Source: Anaerolineae bacterium (lineage in GTDB: Bacteria; Chloroflexota; Anaerolineae; S140-20). From it: a stretch of 11,571 bases of DNA. Where the stretch lies: the NCBI GenBank assembly GCA_027021705.1, contig JALUTT010000062.1, forward strand, positions 1 through 11,571. The letters are read 5' to 3'. The notes below the pieces were generated by a model that saw nothing but the letters and a program-made list of their open reading frames with translations, had not been told where the DNA came from and searched no databases. Shown one piece after another: positions 1 to 6,774 of this stretch. Position 1 is the first letter of the stretch. Each line of letters begins with the position of its first letter. Position numbers and translations under genes: made by a program.

Positions 1-2
1 CG

Positions 3-953
3 GGAGCAATCCGGCGTCGAGCTCCTAGTTTGAAGGCGCGGGAAGCCCGGCTGGCTTACACGCTGGTCACGCCGACGCTCATCATCGTCCTCCTCATCGT
101 CGTCTTCCCAATGATCTGGAACGTCGTCCTCAGCCTCCAGCCGATCCGTCTGGAGAACCTACCTACCATCAACCTGTTGGACTTCAGCGATCTCTCGTTC
201 AACAACTACACTCGGGCGATCACCGCCCGGGGTGGGCGCTTCTGGGACGTGCTGCGTGTCACCTTCGTCTACACCATCGGCAGCACGATTCTGGCCCTCC
301 TGATGGGGCTCTGGGCGGCGCTCCTCGTGCGTGAAGCTTTCCCCGGTCGCAACATCTTCCGGGGCTTTTTGCTCTTCCCCTACATCGCACCGGTGGTCTC
401 TGTGGCCTTCATCTGGAAGCTGATGCTGGACAAGAACATCGGCATTGTCACGCTGTTAGGGGCGCGGGTGGGACTTCCCCCCACCAGCTACCTGACCACT
501 CGGACCTTGCCCGTCCGCCTCTTCGGTCTGGAGATCGGTCTGCCGCTGGCCCTCATCACGGTGATCCTTTTCGAGGGATGGCGTTACTTTCCTTTCGCCT
601 TCCTCTTCTTCCTGGCCCGGCTCCAGGCAGTTCCCGAAGACCTGTACGAGGCGGCGGCGGTGGACGGCGCGACGCCCAGCCAGCGGCTGTGGTACATCAC
701 GCTGCCCCAACTGCGGGCGGTGGCCGGCACCCTCTTCCTGCTGCGGTTCATCTGGACCTTCAACAAGTTTGACGACATCTTCCTGCTCAACGGGGGCGCT
801 GCCGGCACCGAGGTGATCCCCATCCAGATCTACAACTGGCTCTTCGCCCGGCGCAACGTCGGCGTCTCGTCGGCCGTGGCCGTCATCATGGCCCTGATCC
901 TGGGTGTGTTGGTCTTCATCTACCTGCGCTGGTTCGTGGTGGAGGAGGATTAG
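3..953 (+). CDS. Carbohydrate ABC transporter permease (CUT1, MalF/YcjO-like), probably 5'-truncated
   Basis: About six hydrophobic segments and the EAA loop LYEAAAVDGATPSQRLWYITLP. WRYFPFAFLFFLARLQ resembles the YcjO-type segment as recalled. The frame is open from base 3 (GAIRRRAPSLK...), so the TTG at 30 may not be the true start. TAG at 951-953. Confidence 0.93.
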   Translation, partial: GAIRRRAPSLKAREARLAYTLVTPTLIIVLLIVVFPMIWNVVLSLQPIRLENLPTINLLDFSDLSFNNYTRAITARGGRFWDVLRVTFVYTIGSTILALLMGLWAALLVREAFPGRNIFRGFLLFPYIAPVVSVAFIWKLMLDKNIGIVTLLGARVGLPPTSYLTTRTLPVRLFGLEIGLPLALITVILFEGWRYFPFAFLFFLARLQAVPEDLYEAAAVDGATPSQRLWYITLPQLRAVAGTLFLLRFIWTFNKFDDIFLLNGGAAGTEVIPIQIYNWLFARRNVGVSSAVAVIMALILGVLVFIYLRWFVVEED

Positions 954-955
954 CG

Positions 956-1915
956 ATGCGGACTACGTCTGGTCCCACGACCTGGTCCCGGGAGATCATC
1001 GAACGGAGGCTCGGCACGATCTTCAAAGTGCTCAGCATTCTCTTCTTCTTCGTCATCACCGCCTTTCCCTTCTATTGGATGTTCAATCTCTCCTTCCGCC
1101 CCTTCGGCGATGTCCTGGTCAACCCTCTGCGGATGGTGCCCCGCTTGCAGGACCTGAGCGCCGTCTTCGCCCCCCTGACCTGCCTGGGAGGCTCCCAGAG
1201 CGAGGCCTGCCAGACGGCCATCCGCAACAGCAGCTACGCAGCGGTCCTGGTGAACTTCGGCTTCCTGACCTACATCCGCAATAGCGTCATCATCTCTCTG
1301 CTCACGGTGGCGCTCACGCTGCTCCTGGCGATCCCGGCGGCCTACGCCGTCACCCGGCTGGAGTTTCGGGGGCGGGACGCGATGAGCTGGGGCATCCTGC
1401 TCATCTATATGTTCCCGGCCATCGTGCTGGGTATCCCCCTCTTCGTCTTCTTCGTCCGCATCCAGCAGGCGATGGGCATCCGATTGCGGGGGAACCTCTA
1501 CGGGGTGACCATCATCTACCTGGCCAGCACCCTCCCGGTGGCCCTCTACATGCTGCGCAGCTACTTCCCCACCATCCCCCGGGACCTGGAGGAGGCGGCG
1601 CTTATTGACGGCTGTACCCGCCTGGAGGTGATCTGGCGGGTGACCATCCCGCTGGCGATCCCGGCCATCGCCTCGGTGGCCCTCTACACCTTTATGATCG
1701 CCTGGAACGAGTTCCTCTACGCCCTCCTCTTCCTGGTGGAGACCCAGCCCAGTTGGACGCTGCCGTTGGGCCTCCAGCAGTTGGACAGCCAGGAGGTGCC
1801 CCGGACCTTCCTGATGGCCGGTTCGGTCATCATCACCGTGCCCATCATCGTCATCTTCTTCTTCTTCGAGCGCTTCCTGGTCCGGGGGCTGACGGCCGGC
1901 GCGGTGAAGGGCTGA
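956..1915 (+). CDS. Carbohydrate ABC transporter permease (CUT1, MalG/YcjP-like)
   Basis: FPFYWM, YIRNS, AAYAVTRLEFRGR, EAA loop IPRDLEEAALIDGC, WNEFLYAL and C-terminal GLTAGAVKG. GGAGGAGG lies just upstream of ATG 956. Confidence 0.96.
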   Translation: MRTTSGPTTWSREIIERRLGTIFKVLSILFFFVITAFPFYWMFNLSFRPFGDVLVNPLRMVPRLQDLSAVFAPLTCLGGSQSEACQTAIRNSSYAAVLVNFGFLTYIRNSVIISLLTVALTLLLAIPAAYAVTRLEFRGRDAMSWGILLIYMFPAIVLGIPLFVFFVRIQQAMGIRLRGNLYGVTIIYLASTLPVALYMLRSYFPTIPRDLEEAALIDGCTRLEVIWRVTIPLAIPAIASVALYTFMIAWNEFLYALLFLVETQPSWTLPLGLQQLDSQEVPRTFLMAGSVIITVPIIVIFFFFERFLVRGLTAGAVKG

Positions 1916-3051
1916 TGCTGACCATCGTCGTGCCCGTCTACTGGGGACGCCCTCAGGGTCACGCTCCCAGGCCCGGCGACGCCATCTTCGACCACCCAAC
2001 GCCCCTGGATGGCGAGAGCACCCTGCCGCCCCTGCTGGAGAGCCTGACCCGGCTGGAAGGGGGGCCTCCCTTCCGCCTGCTGGTGCTGGTCGCCCCTGTC
2101 GCGCCGGAGTTGGCCCCGGCGGCCGAGGAGCAGACTCGCCAACTGCTGGCTCCCTTCGCCGAGACCTTCCCGGTGGAGCAGGTCGGCCCCTCGGACCTAC
2201 CCCGCTTCCGCCGGGCGGCGGAACAGGTCGGGTTGGAAGCCGAGGTGATCAACCTGCATACCTACGCCGGCGTGCGCAACCTGCAACTGCTGGCTGCCCA
2301 CGCCCTGGACAGCCCGGCCATCGTCGCCCTGGACGATGACGAGGTGGTGCCACCGGACTACCTGTGCATCGCAGCGGAGAGCCTGGAACGGGAGGAGATC
2401 CGAGGCGTTGCCGGTTTCTACGAGGATGACCGGGGGAGCGTCTTTCTGCCGGAGCCGTCCCCCAGCGGCAACATCTTCCAGGACAAGCCGATCTTGATGA
2501 ACGAGGCAACCCGACGGTTGCTGGACCAACCGGGCCGGTGGGTGCCTACTTTCATCGCTTTCGGGGGGAATATGGTGTTCCGGAGGGACCTCTTCACCCA
2601 GGTGGGCTTCGACCCGGGGATCACCCGGGGGGAGGACCTGGACTACGTGCTCAATGCCCACCTGGCCGGGGTGCCCTTCTGGCTGGACAAGCGGCTGCGC
2701 ATCACTCATCGGCCACCTCACCGGTACAACGTCTCCCCCTACGCGAAGCTGGCCGAGGATGTGCGGCGCTTCCTCTACCAGCGGGAGAAGCTGTGTCGGG
2801 CGCGGGAGGAGGGGATGGACCCTCCAACGCTGGAGGCGTTGATGCCCTATCCGGGGCGCTTTTTACAAGAGGACCTGGAGGAGCAAGCGCTGGCGGCCCT
2901 GGCGGCGATGGCAACGCCGGAGGCGGTGGCCTGCTGGGGGACGCCCGGGGAGATCGTGAGCCGGGCGGTGGAGCGGGCTCGGCGGCTGGCGCCGGCCTAC
3001 TTCGCCTTCGCCCGACGGTGGCCGGCGCTGGTGCGGGCGGTGAGAGGGTAG
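1915..3051 (+). CDS. GT-A fold (GT2-like) glycosyltransferase, 378 aa, function unknown
   Basis: Start reassigned from 1753 to ATG 1915, which overlaps the permease stop (TGATG). N-terminal beta strand TIVVPVY, YAGVRN, acidic motif ALDDDE, FGGNMVF, GFDP..TRGEDLDY and ITHRPP are typical GT-A landmarks. Confidence 0.8.
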   Translation: MLTIVVPVYWGRPQGHAPRPGDAIFDHPTPLDGESTLPPLLESLTRLEGGPPFRLLVLVAPVAPELAPAAEEQTRQLLAPFAETFPVEQVGPSDLPRFRRAAEQVGLEAEVINLHTYAGVRNLQLLAAHALDSPAIVALDDDEVVPPDYLCIAAESLEREEIRGVAGFYEDDRGSVFLPEPSPSGNIFQDKPILMNEATRRLLDQPGRWVPTFIAFGGNMVFRRDLFTQVGFDPGITRGEDLDYVLNAHLAGVPFWLDKRLRITHRPPHRYNVSPYAKLAEDVRRFLYQREKLCRAREEGMDPPTLEALMPYPGRFLQEDLEEQALAALAAMATPEAVACWGTPGEIVSRAVERARRLAPAYFAFARRWPALVRAVRG

Positions 3052-3053
3052 GG

Positions 3054-3130
3054 GAGGAAGCGCTGAGGAACGAGGTACCGAGGAAGGAAGGGAGAAGCAC
3101 CATCGGGGAAGGAGGCGACCGCCGACCGAC
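3054..3130 (+). repeat. Degenerate short tandem repeats: GAGG(A/T)A(C/G) units (3054-3086) and GACCG(C/A)C heptamers (3117-3130)
   Basis: gaggaag-cgct-gaggaac-gaggtacc-gaggaag, then gaccgcc-gaccgac. The 12-mer cgaccgccgacc (3116-3127) recurs exactly at 10496-10507. Confidence 0.5.
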
Positions 3131-3180
3131 AGCCCCCGCAGGGGGCTTTCCCCTCTCAGCCGGACGGTTCAGCGCCCGGC
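3131..3180. repeat. Two adjacent hairpins, REP-like; possible terminator between convergent genes
   Basis: Perfect stem AGCCCCC-gca-GGGGGCT (3131-3147) followed by only a short T run. Imperfect stem GCCGGaCGg-TTCA-gCGcCCGGC (3159-3180). Confidence 0.6.
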
Positions 3181-3202
3181 GGGCGGCCATAAAGATGACC
3201 TC

Positions 3203-3592
3203 TCATCCCTCGAAGGCGCGGAGACGCAGATCAGGCATCGGGAAGTGCTTGACGTTGGTGGTGACCAAAGTCAGGTCGTGCCGGAGGGCGGTGGCCGCGA
3301 TGAGGGCGTCGGGGAAGGAAAGTTGGATGCCCCGACGGGCGTACTGATAGATGAGCTGTCCAGCCTGGTCAGCGATGGCCTCATCCACGTGGAGGTTGAT
3401 CAGGGAGTCCAACAGAGCCATCGTGCGCTCCTCCTCGTGGGGGCGCATCCCTGCCAGGATCTCGGTCCGGGTGACGACGGAGATGCTCGCAAACTCCTGA
3501 TGACGCTCCAGGGCATCCAGGAAGTCCAGGGCTTTGGGTACGCTTCGAAGAGCGAGAACAAGGATGTTGGTGTCCAGCAAGTAGTCAGCCAT
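3203..3592 (-). CDS. vapC: Type II TA toxin, PIN-domain ribonuclease (VapC family), 129 aa
   Basis: Start moved to ATG 3592 (MADYLLDTNILV). PIN residues appear in LDTN, SVVTRTEILAG, FPDALIAATA and LVTTNVKHF. The start overlaps the antitoxin stop by 8 nt (ATGGCTGA), with GGAG upstream. Confidence 0.95.
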   Translation of the reverse strand: MADYLLDTNILVLALRSVPKALDFLDALERHQEFASISVVTRTEILAGMRPHEEERTMALLDSLINLHVDEAIADQAGQLIYQYARRGIQLSFPDALIAATALRHDLTLVTTNVKHFPMPDLRLRAFEG

Positions 3593-3890
3593 TTTGCTCC
3601 GCCTCCCCGACGATTTCGTCCCAGGAGCGGGGCATCCAGGTCTCCCGAAGCCGGCGGACATAGCGGTTTACGTCCTCGATGGTCATCAGGTCTGGATGGT
3701 CTTCATCGGACCACGCGGGCTCACGGCGCAAGTCTTCCAGGACCTTGCGCAGCTTGACCCGTTTGAGCTCCTTCTCCGTTGCCTGGACGATGAACCGACT
3801 CCGCTCTCGGCGGGGGACGTAGCGACGCAGTTCCTCCAGCAGCGAGACGGGAAAGGTGACGTTGATCCGCTTGACCGCTTTGGTAGACAT
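3585..3890 (-). CDS. Putative antitoxin with N-terminal ribbon-helix-helix (CopG-like) domain, 101 aa
   Basis: KRINVTFPVSLLEELRRYVPRRERSRFIVQA fits a beta-alpha-alpha RHH pattern. The C-terminus (WSDEDHPDL..VNRYVRRLRETW) resembles VapB-type tails. Strong SD AAAGGAGG; directly upstream of and overlapping the PIN gene. Confidence 0.88.
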   Translation of the reverse strand: MSTKAVKRINVTFPVSLLEELRRYVPRRERSRFIVQATEKELKRVKLRKVLEDLRREPAWSDEDHPDLMTIEDVNRYVRRLRETWMPRSWDEIVGEAEQNG

Positions 3891-3916
3891 CTCGTCCTCC
3901 TTTCAACGATACCAAT

Positions 3917-3945
3917 ATTGTACACCAAAGGGAGGGGGCAGACAA
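3917..3945 (-). promoter_or_regulatory. Sigma70-type promoter of the TA operon
   Basis: Minus strand reads TTGTCT (3945-3940), a 17-nt spacer, then TACAAT (3922-3917), ending 26 nt before the antitoxin ATG. SD AAAGGAGG at 3903-3896. Confidence 0.7.
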
Positions 3946-3955
3946 GGGTGCCCAC

Positions 3956-3987
3956 CTGCAATTCGCAATTTGCAATCTGCAATTTGC
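3956..3987. repeat. Heptamer tandem repeat (YYGCAAT) x4.5
   Basis: ctgcaat tcgcaat ttgcaat ctgcaat ttgc read directly. Confidence 0.9.
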
Positions 3988-4050
3988 GCGTGTACGACAG
4001 CCTTTTCAAACAACTCTCTTATGCTTCTTCTACACCCTCCTAACGAATTC

Positions 4051-4065
4051 TTGCTACGATAGCAA
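4051..4065 (+). promoter_or_regulatory. Palindrome TTGCTA-cga-TAGCAA overlapping a candidate extended -10 (TGcTACGAT)
   Basis: Perfect 6-bp inverted repeat in AT-richer DNA about 55-70 nt upstream of ATG 4120. No convincing -35 is visible. SD AAGGAGG at 4104-4110. Confidence 0.45.
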
Positions 4066-4119
4066 AGCCACAACTGTGCCTTTCTTCCCACCCCATCGCC
4101 GACAAGGAGGGTCTCAAGG

Positions 4120-5364
4120 ATGCGCATCGGCTTCATCTCAACGCGGTTGAACGGCACCGACGGGGTCTCGTTGGAGGTGGAGAAATGGGCTCGCGTGCTA
4201 CGCCGGATGGGACACGAGCTCTTTTTCTGTGCCGGGGAGCTGGGGGGCTATGCCCGCGGCGGGATGCTGATCCCCCAACTGCACTTCAAGCACCAGTCCA
4301 TCATCGCGCTGAGCCAGCGGGCCTTCGGTGCCAATGCCGAGCCGGACGGCGAGAAGCTCTGCGACGAGATCTACGCGATGGCGGACGAACTGCGGGCTCC
4401 CCTGCGCCACTTCATCCGGTCTAACCGCCTCGACCTCATCATCGTCCAGAACGCCCTGACGATTCCGATGAACCTGCCCCTGGGCGTCTGCCTGACCGGC
4501 TTGATCGCCGAGCTAGGGATCAGCACCATCGCTCACCATCACGATTTCTACTGGGAACGCCAGCGCTACCAGACCAATGCCATCCTGGACCTGCTGGACA
4601 CGTCGTTCCCGGCCAAACTGCCGACGATCCAGCACGTGACCATCAACACCATCGCCCAACAGCGGCTGAAAGCCCGTCGAGGCATTGACTCCGTCGTCAT
4701 CCCCAACGTCCACGACTTCGCCACACCGCCGCCGGGGATTGATGGCTACAACCAGGACCTGCGGGAGGCGCTGGGCCTCTCCGAGGGCGATCTCTTCATC
4801 CTGCAACCCACGCGGGTCATCCAGCGAAAGGGGATCGAGATGGCCATCGAGTTGGTCCACCGTCTGCAACTACCCAGGTCCCACCTCTTCATCACCCACC
4901 GGGCCGACGACGAGGGGCTGGACTACTGGCACTGGCTCCAACACGAGGCCCGCACGATGCGCGTGGATATGCAGTTGATTGACTACCTGATCGGGACGGA
5001 GCGGGCGAAGCTGAACGGCCACAAGGTCTACTCCCTCTGGGATGCCTATCCCCATGCCGACCTGGTCACCTATCCCAGCGTCTACGAAGGCTTTGGCAAC
5101 GCCCTGCTGGAGGCGATCTACTTCAAGCGGCTCATCGTGGTCAACCGCTATCCCGTCTACAATGCCGACATCCGGCCTCTGGGCTTTGAGTTCATCGAGC
5201 TGGATGGTTTTGTGGACAACGCTGCTGTGGAGAAGACGCGCGAGCTGCTGAAAGACCCGGGGCAGGTCCGGGCGATGGCTGAGCGGAACTACGCGATTGC
5301 TCAGGAGCACTTCTCTCTGGAGGTGCTAGAGGCCAAGCTGAGAGAGCTCCTCGCCAATTGCTGA
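4120..5364 (+). CDS. GT4 glycosyltransferase, mannosylglucosylglycerate synthase (MggS)-like, paralogue 1
   Basis: DGVSLEVEKW, AHHHDFYWER, FPAKLPTIQHVTINTIAQ, DSVVIPNVHDF, LQPTR..RKGIE and ADLVTYPS..EGFGNALLE (EX7E) closely match the Thermotoga maritima MggS pattern as recalled. Strong SD. Confidence 0.88.
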   Translation: MRIGFISTRLNGTDGVSLEVEKWARVLRRMGHELFFCAGELGGYARGGMLIPQLHFKHQSIIALSQRAFGANAEPDGEKLCDEIYAMADELRAPLRHFIRSNRLDLIIVQNALTIPMNLPLGVCLTGLIAELGISTIAHHHDFYWERQRYQTNAILDLLDTSFPAKLPTIQHVTINTIAQQRLKARRGIDSVVIPNVHDFATPPPGIDGYNQDLREALGLSEGDLFILQPTRVIQRKGIEMAIELVHRLQLPRSHLFITHRADDEGLDYWHWLQHEARTMRVDMQLIDYLIGTERAKLNGHKVYSLWDAYPHADLVTYPSVYEGFGNALLEAIYFKRLIVVNRYPVYNADIRPLGFEFIELDGFVDNAAVEKTRELLKDPGQVRAMAERNYAIAQEHFSLEVLEAKLRELLANC

Positions 5365-5375
5365 ACCGAACAGGG

Positions 5376-5470
5376 ACCCTCCCGCAGGTCCCCCCATGGC
5401 CTGAAGCGCATCATAGGCAGTTCCGATAGGCCATCGCTGTTGCCGGGTACCGCGTGACCTGCGGGAGGGT
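5376..5470. repeat. 95-bp element bounded by a perfect 15-bp inverted repeat (REP doublet/MITE-like)
   Basis: ACCCTCCCGCAGGTC (5376-5390) and GACCTGCGGGAGGGT (5456-5470), with a nested ATGGCCT (5396-5402)/AGGCCAT (5428-5434) pair. Confidence 0.85.
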
Positions 5471-5505
5471 GACAACGGTCAGATAGCCAGGACCGAAAAA
5501 GGGCT

Positions 5506-6768
5506 ATGGGCCAAAAACGGGGTCGAATTGGCTTCGTCTCCACCCGGTTTGCCGGAACCGATGGGGTCTCCCTAGAGACGATCAAGTGGTCCAATGTGCT
5601 GACGGCCCTGGGACACGACTGCTTCTACTTTGCCGGGGAATCGGAGTGGCCGGCCGAGCGCACCTATCTGGTGCCGGAGGCGCACTTCAAACATCCTGAG
5701 ATCCAGAGGTTGAACCGGGACCTCTTCGATGACTACGTCCGCTCTCCCGACACCAGCCGGCGGATTCAGGAGCTCAAGGATCACCTGAAAGCCCACCTAT
5801 ACCGCTTCCGGCGTCGCTTCAGTCTCGACCTGCTGATCGTGGAGAACGCCCTCTCCCTGCCGATGAACGTGCCTCTGGGGCTGGCGTTGACGGAGTTGAT
5901 CGCCGAGACCTCCATCCCTACCATCGGCCACCACCACGACTTCTACTGGGAACGCCGGCGTTACGCTGTGTCGGCAGCCCACGATTACCTGCGGGCTGCT
6001 TTCCCTCCGGTCCTCCCCTCCATCCGTCACGTGGTGATCAACTCCTTCGCTGCCCGAGAGCTGGCCTTGCGCACCGGCGTCAGCGCGATCCTGATCCCCA
6101 ACGTGATGGATTTTGAGACGCCCCCCCTGGAGCCCGACGCCTACGCGCAGGAACTCCGCTCCGCTTTGGAGATCGCGCCGGACGAGTACCTGCTGCTCCA
6201 GCCGACGCGCATCGTTCCCCGCAAGCGGATCGAGCACGCCATCGAGTTGGCCGGACGGCTGGACCTGCCATGCGTCCTGGTGATCTCCCACGCCTCCGGC
6301 GATGAAGGAACGGCCTACGAAGCCTACCTGCGCGACTACGCCCGTTTCCTGAAGGTGCGGGTGATCTTCGCTGCCGGTCGGATCAGCTACTACCGGGGAC
6401 AGACCCCTGAGGGCGAGAAGCTCTTCTCCCTGGCCGACGCCTACCAGCAGGCCGATCTGGTAACCTACCCTTCGACGGTGGAAGGGTTCGGCAACGCCTT
6501 CCTGGAAGCGATCTACTATCGCCGTCCCATCGTAATGAACATCTATGAGATCTTCAAAACCGACATCCAGCCCAAAGGGTTTCATGTCGTCGGCTTCGAG
6601 GACTTCATCAGCGGGGAGGTGGTCCACCGGGTCCGTATGATCCTGCAGAATCCCAGCCTGGCTGCTGAGATGACCCGGCACAACTACGAGCTGGGACGCC
6701 GTTACTACTCCTACAGCACGTTGGAAAGCCTCTTGGTCGCCTTGCTGCGTGACTGTCTGGGCCTGTGA
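5506..6768 (+). CDS. GT4 glycosyltransferase, MggS-like, paralogue 2
   Basis: Same motif set as 4120..5364: RIGFVSTRFAGTDGVSLE, ENALSLPMNVPLG, HHHDFYWER, IPNVMDF, LQPTRIVPRKRIE and ADLVTYPS..EGFGNAFLE. Confidence 0.88.
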   Translation: MGQKRGRIGFVSTRFAGTDGVSLETIKWSNVLTALGHDCFYFAGESEWPAERTYLVPEAHFKHPEIQRLNRDLFDDYVRSPDTSRRIQELKDHLKAHLYRFRRRFSLDLLIVENALSLPMNVPLGLALTELIAETSIPTIGHHHDFYWERRRYAVSAAHDYLRAAFPPVLPSIRHVVINSFAARELALRTGVSAILIPNVMDFETPPLEPDAYAQELRSALEIAPDEYLLLQPTRIVPRKRIEHAIELAGRLDLPCVLVISHASGDEGTAYEAYLRDYARFLKVRVIFAAGRISYYRGQTPEGEKLFSLADAYQQADLVTYPSTVEGFGNAFLEAIYYRRPIVMNIYEIFKTDIQPKGFHVVGFEDFISGEVVHRVRMILQNPSLAAEMTRHNYELGRRYYSYSTLESLLVALLRDCLGL

Positions 6769-6774
6769 ACGGGG

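Noticed and set aside
1753..1914. N-terminal extension of the GT2-like ORF given by the track
   Set aside because: It overlaps the permease by about 160 nt with low-complexity sequence. ATG 1915 in a TGATG overlap begins the recognisable fold.
3593..3661. 23-aa N-terminal extension of VapC
   Set aside because: It lies inside the antitoxin gene. ATG 3592 has an SD, the usual TA overlap and starts at the PIN motif.
3052..4119. Autonomous IS, integron cassette or prophage remnant carrying the TA pair
   Set aside because: No transposase or integrase, no terminal inverted repeats with target duplication, and no convincing attC structure is visible.
5365..5505. Known riboswitch or intrinsic terminator in the inter-paralogue gap
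   Set aside because: No conserved riboswitch motif that I can recognise and no U-tract after the stem. Kept only as an inverted-repeat element.
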